Source: an uncultured Bacteroidales bacterium
Lineage (GTDB): Bacteria > Bacteroidota > Bacteroidia > Bacteroidales > UBA7960
Assembly (NCBI GenBank): GCA_964477035.1
Contig: CAYZCW010000003.1
Span: forward strand, 95,900-159,899
Direction: 5' to 3'
DNA: 64,000 nt
Shown: piece by piece, positions 35,596-44,288 of the stretch
Numbering within the stretch: the first letter of the stretch is position 1
Layout of the letters: each line of letters opens with the position of its first letter
Made by a program: the position numbers and the translations under genes
Notes under the pieces: model-generated
The model's input: the letters and a program-made list of their open reading frames with translations, nothing else
What the model was told of the DNA's origin: nothing
The model's database searches: none

Positions 35596-38031
35596 CTAAA
35601 ACCGCACGTTCAGCCCCACCATATAATGCCTGCCCGCCTGGGGGAAGTAGCCGTCCTCGATGGTGACAAGCCCGGCATCTCCTACCACGCCCTTGTAGAT
35701 CCAGGCATTGGTTTCATAAAGCACATTGAACAGGTTGTTCACCTGGAGGACCAGTTCCAGCTCCCGCAGCAGGCCTGGCCGCAAGGTGTAGTTGAGGCGC
35801 AGGTCGCTCACCAGGTAAGGGTCCAGCATGCGGTCGGCGCTCATGGTGTTGTCGATGTACCGACGCCCGACATACTTGCTGGTGAAACCCAGTGTAAGAT
35901 CCTCCAGGGGATTCAGCAGGAAGGTGCTGGCGGCGACCACCGGGGGGGAAAAGGCGATGTCGGTATCCTCGTACACTTGCTGGTGGACGCCGACCCAGTT
36001 CCAGGCATTGTCATACTGGTCAGAATGCTCCACAAAGCGGGCAATCTTGTTGCGGCTCAGGGTGGCGTTGCCTTCCCACTGCAGCCAGCGGTTAAAGATC
36101 CACGCCGCCTCCAGCTCGATGCCGGCCCGGTAGCTCCGGTCGATATTGGTCCGCGTGTAGCCGCCCGTATCGTTGATCTCGCCCGTCAGCACCAGCTGGT
36201 CTTTGTAGTTCATCAGGTAGGCATTGGCTCCCAGCTTCCAGCGGGTTGCCGCATGCCGGTAGCCCAGCTCCAGGTTGTGCATGGTCTCCGGCCTGGGCCG
36301 GCTTTCCGGAGAGGATTCCGTGAAGTCGCGGCGCACCGGCTCCCGGCTGACCATGCCGGCGTAAATGTACCAGGTCCCCGAAGACCCGGGCGACCAGGAG
36401 AACCCGCCTTTGGGGTTGAAGAAATGAAACACCACGTTCTGCCCCAGGGGGACCAGCTCCTGGTGCACCCAGGCAAGTCCGGTAAAATCATACGAGACAA
36501 AGCGGTATTGCAAATCCACAAAACCCTCCAGACCCGGTACGGGCTCGTGGGTCAGTTTGAGAAAGCTGTTGAAATCCCGCTTGAAGCCGTTGTTGTCGTA
36601 ATAGCGGTGCCGGATGTCCGCATACTGGGCATGACGGGCCCAGATGATCTCCCCGAAGTGGTCCCCGTCGTACAGGTGGTAGCCCCCGCCCAGGGTGGCC
36701 CCGAACAGGCCCGGGTTGTTGTGGTTCAGCGAATAGGTAAATCCATAGAAGTGGTTGTCGAGCCAGCGGCGCCGGATCAGGTCGCTGCGGCTGATGGTCT
36801 GACCCCCGATCTCCACATCGGGCAGGTCGTACCGGCTGAAACGTTCATTCTCCCGGTACTGCTCATAGTAGCCACGGCCATAGGTATAATGCAGGGACAG
36901 GTTGGCCACCAGCCCGGGAATGACTGCCCGGGACAGGTGCAGCTGGTAGTGGTCCTGCTGGTAGTTGTCGGTTTCATTGTCATAGAAACGAAGCACCCCC
37001 TGTCCGTCGGTATACATGCCGCTCGGGTTGAAACGGCGGTTGGTCTGCAGGGAATCCCCGGGCACCCCGTTCCAGGCCTGGTAGGTGGTTTCCCGTCCCG
37101 AAAGGGCCACGGCCTTCACCATGGTATTCTTCCCATAGTACCCTCCCGAGAAATGGAACGACCCCAGGTCGACGCTCGCCCGGTCGACATACCCATCCGA
37201 CGATACGCGTGAAATGCGGCCATCGAAAGACCAGCGTTCTCCCAACAGCCCGGTGCCGAACGATAAGGTGTTCTTCAGTGTGCCATAAGAACCTGCGGAG
37301 GTATTGAGTTCGGCATGGGTCTGGTCGCGCAGGCTGGTCGACTGCATGCTGATGGTGGCCCCAAAGGCCCCGGAGCCGTGGGTGCTCAGTCCCACCCCCC
37401 GCTGTATCTGCAGGTTGTCGAGCGAAGACACCACATCGGGCATGTTCACCCACCAGACACCGTGCGACTCGGCATCGTTCACCGGAATGCCGTTCAGGGT
37501 CACGTTGATGCGGGTATGGTCGCTGCCGCGGATGTTCATCCAGGTGTAACCCACCCCCGTGCCGGCGTCGGAACTCACGATGACCGAAGGCGTCATCTGT
37601 ATCAGGAAAGGCAGATCCTGTCCCAGGTTGCGGGCCATGAGGTCCTCCCGTCCCATGTCGGTGTAAGTCGCCGCCAGGCGTCCCGTGGCCCGGGTGGCAG
37701 TGACCACCACCTCCCCGGCCAGGGTCGGGCTTTTTTGCAGGACAAAATCCACCTGCAGATCGGCCGTCAACTCTATGCCAGCCTCGAGGGTTTCGTAACC
37801 CAGGTAGCTTACCCGGATGGTGTGGGTTCCGGCCGGAACACCGTCCAGCCTGAAGAATCCGTTCCGGTCGGCAAAACCCCCGTTGTGCGTACCTTCCACC
37901 ACCAGGTGCGCCCCGGGCAGGGCGATGCCCTCTTCCCGGTCCGTCACCCGTCCGCTGATGGAATAAAAATTTTGTGCGCAGGCCAGTACAGGCAACAGCA
38001 TGAGCCATGCCGGCAATAAAAACCTGTTCAT
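35596..38031 (-). CDS. TonB-dependent outer-membrane receptor under TPP riboswitch control (predicted thiamin or thiamin-precursor uptake)
   Basis: Signal peptide MNRFLLPAWLMLLPVLACAQ, carboxypeptidase-regulatory-like N-domain, plug and barrel ending ..YMVGLNVRF. A THI-box riboswitch lies in its 5' leader. The track ORF begins at a TTG (38058); I use the ATG at 38031. Confidence 0.85.
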   Translation of the reverse strand: MNRFLLPAWLMLLPVLACAQNFYSISGRVTDREEGIALPGAHLVVEGTHNGGFADRNGFFRLDGVPAGTHTIRVSYLGYETLEAGIELTADLQVDFVLQKSPTLAGEVVVTATRATGRLAATYTDMGREDLMARNLGQDLPFLIQMTPSVIVSSDAGTGVGYTWMNIRGSDHTRINVTLNGIPVNDAESHGVWWVNMPDVVSSLDNLQIQRGVGLSTHGSGAFGATISMQSTSLRDQTHAELNTSAGSYGTLKNTLSFGTGLLGERWSFDGRISRVSSDGYVDRASVDLGSFHFSGGYYGKNTMVKAVALSGRETTYQAWNGVPGDSLQTNRRFNPSGMYTDGQGVLRFYDNETDNYQQDHYQLHLSRAVIPGLVANLSLHYTYGRGYYEQYRENERFSRYDLPDVEIGGQTISRSDLIRRRWLDNHFYGFTYSLNHNNPGLFGATLGGGYHLYDGDHFGEIIWARHAQYADIRHRYYDNNGFKRDFNSFLKLTHEPVPGLEGFVDLQYRFVSYDFTGLAWVHQELVPLGQNVVFHFFNPKGGFSWSPGSSGTWYIYAGMVSREPVRRDFTESSPESRPRPETMHNLELGYRHAATRWKLGANAYLMNYKDQLVLTGEINDTGGYTRTNIDRSYRAGIELEAAWIFNRWLQWEGNATLSRNKIARFVEHSDQYDNAWNWVGVHQQVYEDTDIAFSPPVVAASTFLLNPLEDLTLGFTSKYVGRRYIDNTMSADRMLDPYLVSDLRLNYTLRPGLLRELELVLQVNNLFNVLYETNAWIYKGVVGDAGLVTIEDGYFPQAGRHYMVGLNVRF

Positions 38032-38089
38032 AAGAAAATCGGTGTTTTTGTTAAACAATCGACGGCAAATAGAGGAAAAGCACGTCCCT

Positions 38090-38180
38090 GTTTAAAATCC
38101 CTTCCCTTCGCCGGCATTACCCGGATCAGGTTCAATGGGTTTGATCTCAGCCCGTTTGTTTGGGGCACCCCTATTTGTGC
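38090..38180 (-). promoter_or_regulatory. TPP (THI-box) riboswitch
   Basis: Minus-sense RNA reads AUAGGGGUGCCCCAAACAAACGGGCUGAGAUCAAACCCAUUGAACCUGAUCCGGGUAAUGCCGGCGAAGGGAAGGGAUUU. All THI-box core blocks are present: GGGGUGC, GCUGAGA, ACCC, UGAACCUGAUC, GGUAAUGCC.GCG, AGGGAA. It lies ~60 nt upstream of the receptor ATG. Confidence 0.9.
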
Positions 38181-38189
38181 GTAGTACGA

Positions 38190-38197
38190 CAAAGGTA
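38190..38197 (-). promoter_or_regulatory. candidate -7 promoter box (TACCTTTG) driving the riboswitch-receptor transcript
   Basis: Exact TAnnTTTG on the minus strand, ~12 nt upstream of the first riboswitch nucleotides. Confidence 0.45.
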
Positions 38198-38206
38198 CGG
38201 ATTTTT

Positions 38207-38268
38207 TTGGTATTGGCGGTTGGCTGTTGGCTGTTGGTTGTTGGCTATTGGATGTTGGCGGTTGGCGG
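38207..38268. repeat. heptamer tract: TTGGTA TTGGCGG TTGGCTG TTGGCTG TTGGTTG TTGGCTA TTGGATG TTGGCGG TTGGCGG
   Basis: Read directly from sequence: nine TTGG-phased units, period 7 after a first 6-mer. It sits in the divergent spacer between the riboswitch promoter and aroQ. Confidence 0.85.
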
Positions 38269-38302
38269 GTTTTTCTTTTCTTTGCATTTAAAACCGAACG
38301 CC

Positions 38303-38743
38303 ATGAAGATTGCCATCATCAACGGGCCCAACCTGAACCTGCTTGGCCGGCGGGAACCGGGCATATACGGAAGCCTCTCCTTTGAAGAATACATGGAACA
38401 GTTAAAAAAGGCCTATCCGAAGGTGGCGTTCAGTTATTCCCAGAGCAATGTGGAAGGGGAGATCGTCGGACTGATCCAGGAGGCCGGGGAATGGGCCGAC
38501 GGCATCCTTCTGAACGCGGCGGCCTACACCCACACTTCCGTGGCCATCGGGGATGCGGTGGCCGCGGTGCGGGTGCCCGTGGCCGAAGTCCACATCAGCA
38601 ATGTGTATGCGCGGGAGTCCTTCCGGCACGAAAGCCGCATCGGTCCCCACTGCCAGGGGGTGGTGGCCGGGTTCGGCCTGGATGGGTACCGGCTGGCCCT
38701 GGAGGGGCTCAGGCAGATCCTGGAATCGAAAGGCCCTCAATGA
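38303..38743 (+). CDS. aroQ: type II 3-dehydroquinate dehydratase
   Basis: MKIAIINGPNLNLLGRREPGIYG.., NAAAYTHTSVAIGDA, EVHISNVYARESFRHES. Start moved from 38135 to the ATG at 38303, because the upstream part of the ORF is just the translated heptamer tract. Confidence 0.92.
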   Translation: MKIAIINGPNLNLLGRREPGIYGSLSFEEYMEQLKKAYPKVAFSYSQSNVEGEIVGLIQEAGEWADGILLNAAAYTHTSVAIGDAVAAVRVPVAEVHISNVYARESFRHESRIGPHCQGVVAGFGLDGYRLALEGLRQILESKGPQ

Positions 38744-38790
38744 TTGAAAGCCGGAAAACATCCGGAGCGGGGCAGCACCGGAGAGGCCTT

Positions 38791-39822
38791 TCAGCCGGGC
38801 AGTTCCTCCAGTCCGGGTAGTTCAGAAAACCTTCTTTTCCGTTTTACGTAATAGGCCCATAACAGGCTCTTGCGGTACAAGGTGTCCGGAAGCTTTCCGG
38901 ATACGCCCGCGGCATCCCGCCTCATCTCCCTGAGCCGGCCAAGAAAAGCCCAAAGGGCCCGCATCACCGCCAGACAGTCACGCGGCCTGCCCGACAGCAG
39001 GAAACCGGCGGCCGCCAGCTTGTCGAGGCCCAATCTCAGGATCATTGTCGGATAGAAATGCCTGGCCGGAAGGTTCTTTGCGAGCATCCACAGGCTGTTC
39101 CTGAAATTCAGAAAGGTCTTGGCCGGGTTTCTGGCGGGCAGGGAACCCCCGCCGATGTGGTAGACGACCGAGCGCGGACAGGCCATCACCCGGTATCCCC
39201 GGTTTTGCAGCCGCCAGCAAAGGTCGATCTCTTCCATATGGGCGAAAAAACGTTCGTCCAGGCCACCGCATTCATTAAAGGCCGAGGCACGGACAAACAG
39301 GCAGGCCCCGGTGGCCCAGAATACGGGCCTCTCGTCATCGTATTGTCCCAGGTCTTTCTCCAGGGCGCCGAAGAGGCGTCCGCGGCAGAAAGGGTATCCC
39401 AGGCGGTCGATGAAGCCGCCGGCTGCACCCGCGTATTCGAAACGGCTGCGGTCGTGCCGGGCAAGCACCTTGGGCTGGCAGGCCGCCACCTGCGGATGGG
39501 CCTCCATCAAATCCAGGACCGGTTCCACCCAGCCTGGGCTCACCTCCACATCGGAATTCAGCAGGACGACATAATCCGCCCGGATTTGCCTGAGTGCTGC
39601 ATTATAACCCCCGGCATACCCCAGGTTGCGGGACAGTCCGATCCGCTCCACCTCAGGATGGTGTTCCTTCAGCCAGTCCAGGGAGCCGTCCGTGGAGGCA
39701 TTGTCGGCCACCACGATCCGGGCGGCAGGCGGGCTGTGAGAGACCACGCCCGGCAGGAATTTCTCCAGGAAATGCCTGCCGTTCCAGTTCAGGATCACGA
39801 TGGCCAGGGAGGGTTTTTGCAT
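38791..39822 (-). CDS. family 2 glycosyltransferase
   Basis: MQKPSLAIVILNWNGRHFL.., ADNASTDGS, LNSDVEV, FWATGACLFVR.., EEIDLCWR. Start set at the ATG at 39822; the 470-aa track ORF runs antisense across the tRNA gene. Confidence 0.85.
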   Translation of the reverse strand: MQKPSLAIVILNWNGRHFLEKFLPGVVSHSPPAARIVVADNASTDGSLDWLKEHHPEVERIGLSRNLGYAGGYNAALRQIRADYVVLLNSDVEVSPGWVEPVLDLMEAHPQVAACQPKVLARHDRSRFEYAGAAGGFIDRLGYPFCRGRLFGALEKDLGQYDDERPVFWATGACLFVRASAFNECGGLDERFFAHMEEIDLCWRLQNRGYRVMACPRSVVYHIGGGSLPARNPAKTFLNFRNSLWMLAKNLPARHFYPTMILRLGLDKLAAAGFLLSGRPRDCLAVMRALWAFLGRLREMRRDAAGVSGKLPDTLYRKSLLWAYYVKRKRRFSELPGLEELPG

Positions 39823-39928
39823 GCCGGAGTTGTTTGGCTGGGTGTTCGCTGTAAAAATACGCTTTTTGGGCCATCCCCGCGGGGGCATTTTTTTTTCACG
39901 GAGGGAAAAAAATTTGTACTTTTGCCCC

Positions 39929-40013
39929 GGAGAGATGGCAGAGTGGTCGATTGCGGCGGTCTTGAAAACCGTTGAGGGTAACACCTCCGGGGGTTCGAAT
40001 CCCTCTCTCTCCG
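39929..40013 (+). tRNA. tRNA-Ser (anticodon UGA)
   Basis: GGAGAGA acceptor stem pairing with TCTCTCC. Anticodon arm GCGGT-CTTGAAA-ACCGT (U33, anticodon TGA), long variable arm, GGTTCGAATCC T-loop, discriminator G; CCA not encoded. Length 85 nt. Confidence 0.9.
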
Positions 40014-40026
40014 CAGCATAAAAAAA

Positions 40027-40048
40027 CAGCCACGAAAGTGGCTTTTTT
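40027..40048 (+). terminator. rho-independent terminator after tRNA-Ser
   Basis: AGCCAC-GAAA-GTGGCT followed by a T run, 14 nt after the tRNA 3' end. Confidence 0.7.
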
Positions 40049-40102
40049 AATGGGATGACCCGGCTGTAAGCAAGCTTACAGCCGGGTCGTTCCGTAAAAA
40101 GA

Positions 40103-40131
40103 GCAGCCGGTGACAGCCGGCTGCCTTTTTT
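40103..40131. terminator. bidirectional hairpin terminator (serves the osmC-like gene on the minus strand)
   Basis: GCAGCCGG-TGACAG-CCGGCTGC with CTTTTTT on the plus side and TCTTTTT on the minus side. It lies 41 nt downstream of the stop at 40172. Confidence 0.6.
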
Positions 40132-40171
40132 GCTGCGGGTCCCCCGAAAAGGGATCAACGAGTTGAATCCC

Positions 40172-40591
40172 CTACACCACCTTGATCTCGTAATCGATTT
40201 CAATCCCCGCGGCCTTATACATATAAGACACCCCGCAGTACTTTTCCCGGGAGAGGGTCACCGCCTTCTCCAGCTTGTCCATGGGCAGGTCCTTTCCCCT
40301 GAACTGGTAAATGACCTTCATCCTGGTGTAGCGGGTGGGCAAATCCTCGGTCAGCTCCCCTTCCACGTCGACCTGGAAGTCTTCCACCTCCACCCGCATC
40401 TTCTTCAGCATGGAGATCACATCCATGGCGGTGCATCCGGCCAGTGCCAGCAGCATGAGTGGTTTGGGGCGCGGACCCTTGTCCTGCCCTCCGGCGTCCG
40501 GCGGACCGTCTATGGTGAGGGGGTGTCCGTTGACCTCGGCATCGAATTGCAGGCCGCCTTTCCAGTTTGTTTTGATCTGGTGTTTTTTCAT
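40172..40591 (-). CDS. OsmC/Ohr-family protein
   Basis: 139 aa with a typical OsmC pattern (GPRPKPLMLLALAGCTAMDV, LSREKYCGVS) carrying the two conserved Cys. Confidence 0.8.
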   Translation of the reverse strand: MKKHQIKTNWKGGLQFDAEVNGHPLTIDGPPDAGGQDKGPRPKPLMLLALAGCTAMDVISMLKKMRVEVEDFQVDVEGELTEDLPTRYTRMKVIYQFRGKDLPMDKLEKAVTLSREKYCGVSYMYKAAGIEIDYEIKVV

Positions 40592-40684
40592 GGGCTTAGC
40601 ATTTTTTCCGGTTCAAAGCAAAAATAGGCAATAAAAAAAGTCCCGCCATGAGGACGGGACTTTTTAAACCGGATAATAACGGAT

Positions 40685-43600
40685 TTAGAAGATGTACCTT
40701 ACCCCCAGCTGCAGACTCCACAACTGGTTGTAGTTGTAGAAGGTGGAGTAGGAGTTGGACAGGTAGTTGCCATCGGAATCGGTGACCATGGAGAAGCGGG
40801 GCACATTGTTGCCGTCCCGTCCTTCATACCTCAGGATCTGACCGTCGTTGGCCTCGAACATGTTCTTGTTCACACCCCACTCGCTGTTCAGGAGGTTGCC
40901 AAAGTTCAGGATATCCACGGTAAACTGCAGGGTGTTCCGCTTGCCGGCGATGTTCACACTCACGTCCTGGGCAAAACGCAGGTCGAAACGATGTGTCCAG
41001 GGGGCCCTGGCGGCATAGGCTTCGGCATAGCTTCCTTTGTTTTTGCTCAGGTATTTGTCCTGCTCCACAAAACGGAAGAAAGCATCCTCGTCGGCCTGGC
41101 TTATGAACTGGATCTCCCCTTTTTCTTTCGGGATGTAGATCAGGTCGGTGGCATGACCGTCCCCGTTCATGTCGTTGGCATAGGTGAAACTGAAACCATA
41201 GGGGGAGAAGCCTGCATAGAACAGGTTCACCGTGGTGGCCAGGTGGTCATTGGCGTAAGGAATCCTGTAGGAAGCCGAGGCAATGGCCCGGGTAGGAATC
41301 ACATACTGCGAGCGCTGCACCCTGGGCAGGTGGGGCCCGTCGATCTGGATGAGGCCATTGTATGCGGAAGCAGCGTTGCTGCCGGGCATGCCCGAAACTT
41401 CCTTGGACTCGGTATAGGTATAGGCAAACATCAGGTTCAGGTCCGGTATGGGCTCGGCAAGAACCGTGATGTTCCCGATGGCACCCCATCCTTCACTGGT
41501 GTTGGACAGCACGTAGGCAGCCGTTGAGGTATATGTCCGCTCACTGCGGGCCGGGTAAATATACCTGTCGTCGGGGCCGCTGAAACGCTGCCAGCTGTTG
41601 TCCGGCTGCTTCGTGTTGTAGTCCTTCAGCAGGACCCCGTTGAGGTTTTTGGTATAGATCCCTTCCAGGGTGACTGTCAACGGAAAGGCCACGGGCACGT
41701 CGTAGTCCAGTGCCAGGGAGGTTTTCCACACCTGGGGCATCTTGAAGTCCGGGTCGATGCCGTTGATATCGCGCGGCAGGGCCCCGTCCTCGGGAGAAAT
41801 GGTGTTCTTCAGGTTCAGCCTGCTGATCATCTCGTTCACGTCGGTGATCATCGGACCGGCCAGCAGGGCCAGGTTCGGATCCACGCTGGTGATGGCGCCG
41901 GTGGCGGCATCATAGCGGGTCACGGCGGCGTAGCTTCCCTGGACCATGCCGGAGTTGGTGGGCATGTTGGTGAAGAATACGAGCGGCAGCCTGCCGGCAA
42001 ACATCCCGGTCCCCCCGCGAAGCTTCAATGTCTGGTCGCCGGCCACATCCAGGGTGAAACCGACCCTGGGGGAAACCTGGACCTTGGCGGTGGGCCACTG
42101 GCCGGTATCGATCCGGGTCCCGCCGAAATTCACTTCATAGATCGCGTTGTTCCGGATGATGTTGTCCACATACCTGAGGTAATCGGCACGCACACCGAAG
42201 GTCAATTTCAACTGGGAAGACACGCTCCATTCGTCCTGGGCGTATACGCCAAACTGGTTGAAGGCCACCTCCGCGGCAGGGTTCTTCTCGCCGTCATAGC
42301 CATAGGTCAGGGCAAAGTCCCTGGGAGCCGCCTGGTTCAGGAAGTCGTCGATGCTGGCATAGCGGTAATAACCCGTACCGTTTCTCATGTAAGAGTTGTT
42401 GGCCATCTGGTACTCATAGCTGGCCCCGAAGGTCACCTTGTGGTTGCTCAGGTACAGGGTGGTGTTGTTGATGATGTTGAAGATGTTGTTGTTGACCCCG
42501 TTGTTCCAGGTAAAGAGCTCATAACCCGCAGAAATGTAGGGCTCCAGGATTTGCCGGCCATCATCGGTCACCCCGTACATGATGTCGATGAAGGGGAAGG
42601 GATCCGAGGTGGAGCCGCGCATGTCCTTGATCTGGGAGTAGGTGGTCAGGAACTGGTTGGACACCGTGTTTGAAAACCGGCTGTTCAGATCCAATGCAAC
42701 GGAGTTCACGATGTTGTCCATGGAATAGATGGCGTTGGAAAACGCCATGGAGTGCTGGGAAATGCGGTTCATGGAGCGGTTCCTGAACCCGCCGTCGGTG
42801 GAGTTCCCGTTGGTGGGGTTCCAGCCCTGGTTCTTCGTGTGGTTGAAACGCAGGCTCAGCTTGTTGGCATTGTCGATGTTCCAGTCGAGGCGGGCCAGCA
42901 GCTTGCGGTTGCTTTCATCCGCCGGGAAATTGCTGTAGGAGCCGGGATCATAGCCATAATTGTCGATCAGGTGCTGCCTGACCCTGTCCATATCAGCCAC
43001 ACTGGCACGCGACAGCATCAGGTCCGTATTGGCCTGGCCGTTTTGCGACGGCCGCCAGGTCACCACCTGTCCGGGCCGCAATTCGTATTCGCCGTTGACA
43101 AAGAAGAACAGTTTGTTTTTGATGACCGGACCACCCAGGGTCACCCCGTAAATGTTCCTGGCTTCTTCATCGCGTTCACCGAAATCAACATCCCCGAGCT
43201 TGTTGCCGCGCATGTTCTGGTTGTACAGGTAGCTGTAGGCTGAAGCCCTGAAGGTGTTCGTTCCCGATTTGGTGATCGCATTGATGCCCCCGCCGATAAA
43301 ATTGGTCTGGCGTACATCGTAGGGAGATACCACCACCTGGATTTCTTCAATGGCATCCAGGGAGATGGGGGTTCCGCCGCCGGGCAGGTTGGATCCCAGG
43401 CCGAAGTTGTTGTTTAAGTTGGCCCCGTCCACCGTGAAGTTGGTGGAACGTCCGTCACCTCCGGCAAAGCTCATGCCGTTGGCATAGGGGGAAATGCGGG
43501 CGATGTCCTGGATGCTCCGGTTGATGGTGGGCATGGCCGTCATCTGTTCGTTGGAGATGTTGGTCGTGGCCCCGGTTCTTTCCGTCTGGAAGGCTGATGC

Positions 43601-43987
43601 CCTCATGCCTACCACCAGGACTTCTCCCAGTTCCAGGACGCCTTCGGTCAGGATGACATCCAGGGAAAAAGTCTGACCCAGGTACAGGTTGATGTCCGAA
43701 AACACTTCCGTGGAATAACCGATGTAAGACACCTCCACGGTGTACGGCCCCCCGGTACGCATCCCCTGAAGGTTAAACCGGCCTTCAAGGTTGGTAATGG
43801 AGCCATAGCGCGATCCGGATGGTTCGTGAATAGCAACAACCGTGGCTCCGGGCAGGGGCTGGAACTGGGTGTCAAGCACGCGTCCGCTCATGGCCGACGT
43901 CGTGACCTGGGCAAAAGCACCCCCCGATCCGAGAAACAGGAACAGGGCTGCCATCACACCAAAAAAATACAAAGCTTGCTTTTTCAT
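40685..43987 (-). CDS. large TonB-dependent receptor, Oar-like (carboxypeptidase-regulatory-like N-domain)
   Basis: Signal peptide MKKQALYFFGVMAALFLFLGSGGAFAQ. N-domain MSGRVLDTQFQPLPGATVVAIHEPSG, plug (IEEIQVVVSPYDVRQTNFIGGGINAITKSGTN) and a long barrel ending LQLGVRYIF. Start moved from 44092 to the ATG at 43987. Confidence 0.85.
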   Translation of the reverse strand: MKKQALYFFGVMAALFLFLGSGGAFAQVTTSAMSGRVLDTQFQPLPGATVVAIHEPSGSRYGSITNLEGRFNLQGMRTGGPYTVEVSYIGYSTEVFSDINLYLGQTFSLDVILTEGVLELGEVLVVGMRASAFQTERTGATTNISNEQMTAMPTINRSIQDIARISPYANGMSFAGGDGRSTNFTVDGANLNNNFGLGSNLPGGGTPISLDAIEEIQVVVSPYDVRQTNFIGGGINAITKSGTNTFRASAYSYLYNQNMRGNKLGDVDFGERDEEARNIYGVTLGGPVIKNKLFFFVNGEYELRPGQVVTWRPSQNGQANTDLMLSRASVADMDRVRQHLIDNYGYDPGSYSNFPADESNRKLLARLDWNIDNANKLSLRFNHTKNQGWNPTNGNSTDGGFRNRSMNRISQHSMAFSNAIYSMDNIVNSVALDLNSRFSNTVSNQFLTTYSQIKDMRGSTSDPFPFIDIMYGVTDDGRQILEPYISAGYELFTWNNGVNNNIFNIINNTTLYLSNHKVTFGASYEYQMANNSYMRNGTGYYRYASIDDFLNQAAPRDFALTYGYDGEKNPAAEVAFNQFGVYAQDEWSVSSQLKLTFGVRADYLRYVDNIIRNNAIYEVNFGGTRIDTGQWPTAKVQVSPRVGFTLDVAGDQTLKLRGGTGMFAGRLPLVFFTNMPTNSGMVQGSYAAVTRYDAATGAITSVDPNLALLAGPMITDVNEMISRLNLKNTISPEDGALPRDINGIDPDFKMPQVWKTSLALDYDVPVAFPLTVTLEGIYTKNLNGVLLKDYNTKQPDNSWQRFSGPDDRYIYPARSERTYTSTAAYVLSNTSEGWGAIGNITVLAEPIPDLNLMFAYTYTESKEVSGMPGSNAASAYNGLIQIDGPHLPRVQRSQYVIPTRAIASASYRIPYANDHLATTVNLFYAGFSPYGFSFTYANDMNGDGHATDLIYIPKEKGEIQFISQADEDAFFRFVEQDKYLSKNKGSYAEAYAARAPWTHRFDLRFAQDVSVNIAGKRNTLQFTVDILNFGNLLNSEWGVNKNMFEANDGQILRYEGRDGNNVPRFSMVTDSDGNYLSNSYSTFYNYNQLWSLQLGVRYIF

Positions 43988-44073
43988 CAGGTTTGTGTTT
44001 GGTGATTGATTGGTTGAGTTATAAACTGGATTGAATTGATTTGAGCTGCATTCTGCGTTTGAATTTGGCGGCA

Positions 44074-44081
44074 CAAAATTA
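44074..44081 (-). promoter_or_regulatory. candidate -7 promoter box (TAATTTTG) for the Oar-like receptor
   Basis: Exact TAnnTTTG on the minus strand, 87 nt upstream of the start at 43987. Confidence 0.35.
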
Positions 44082-44288
44082 ACAAGCTCCATGGAAAAAA
44101 CCCCATTGGCCGGGATGAACTTTTCATTAATTTTTTCACAATCCGGGCTGCCGGGTTCCGGGTTTAGCGGGAATGGTAAAAATAATTTTTTTTCACTCTT
44201 TCAGAAGAAAAAGTTATCAACCAAGATATTAACGATTTTATCACAAGGTGTTGATTAAATACACCTTAACAAAACCATTGCAAAATCC

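Noticed and set aside
35626-38019. Plus-strand ORFs 35626..37212 and 37315..38019, and off-frame minus ORF 36980..38008, within the TPP-regulated receptor
   Set aside because: These are shadow ORFs. The receptor frame alone shows a signal peptide, plug and terminal aromatic.
35528-38268. Heptamer tracts as a CRISPR array or coding repeat
   Set aside because: The period is 7 nt with no spacers, the total length is under 70 nt and no cas genes are present, so it is not CRISPR. The period is not a multiple of 3 and the tracts lie outside genes, except for the last 4 codons of rluD.
38135-38302. N-terminal extension of aroQ (MGLISARLFG...LAVGCWLLVVGYWMLAVGG..)
   Set aside because: The hydrophobic stretch is just the translated (TTGGCNN)n tract. 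AroQ orthologs start at MKIAIINGPNLN, which matches the ATG at 38303.
39929-40200. tRNA-Ser as the attachment site of an integrated element
   Set aside because: There is no integrase, excisionase, transposase or direct repeat of the tRNA 3' end within the window. The neighbours (GT2, osmC-like) look ordinary.
39823-40203. 5' extension of the glycosyltransferase ORF to 470 aa
   Set aside because: The extension runs antisense straight through the tRNA-Ser gene and three terminator hairpins. The GT2 fold begins right after the ATG at 39822.
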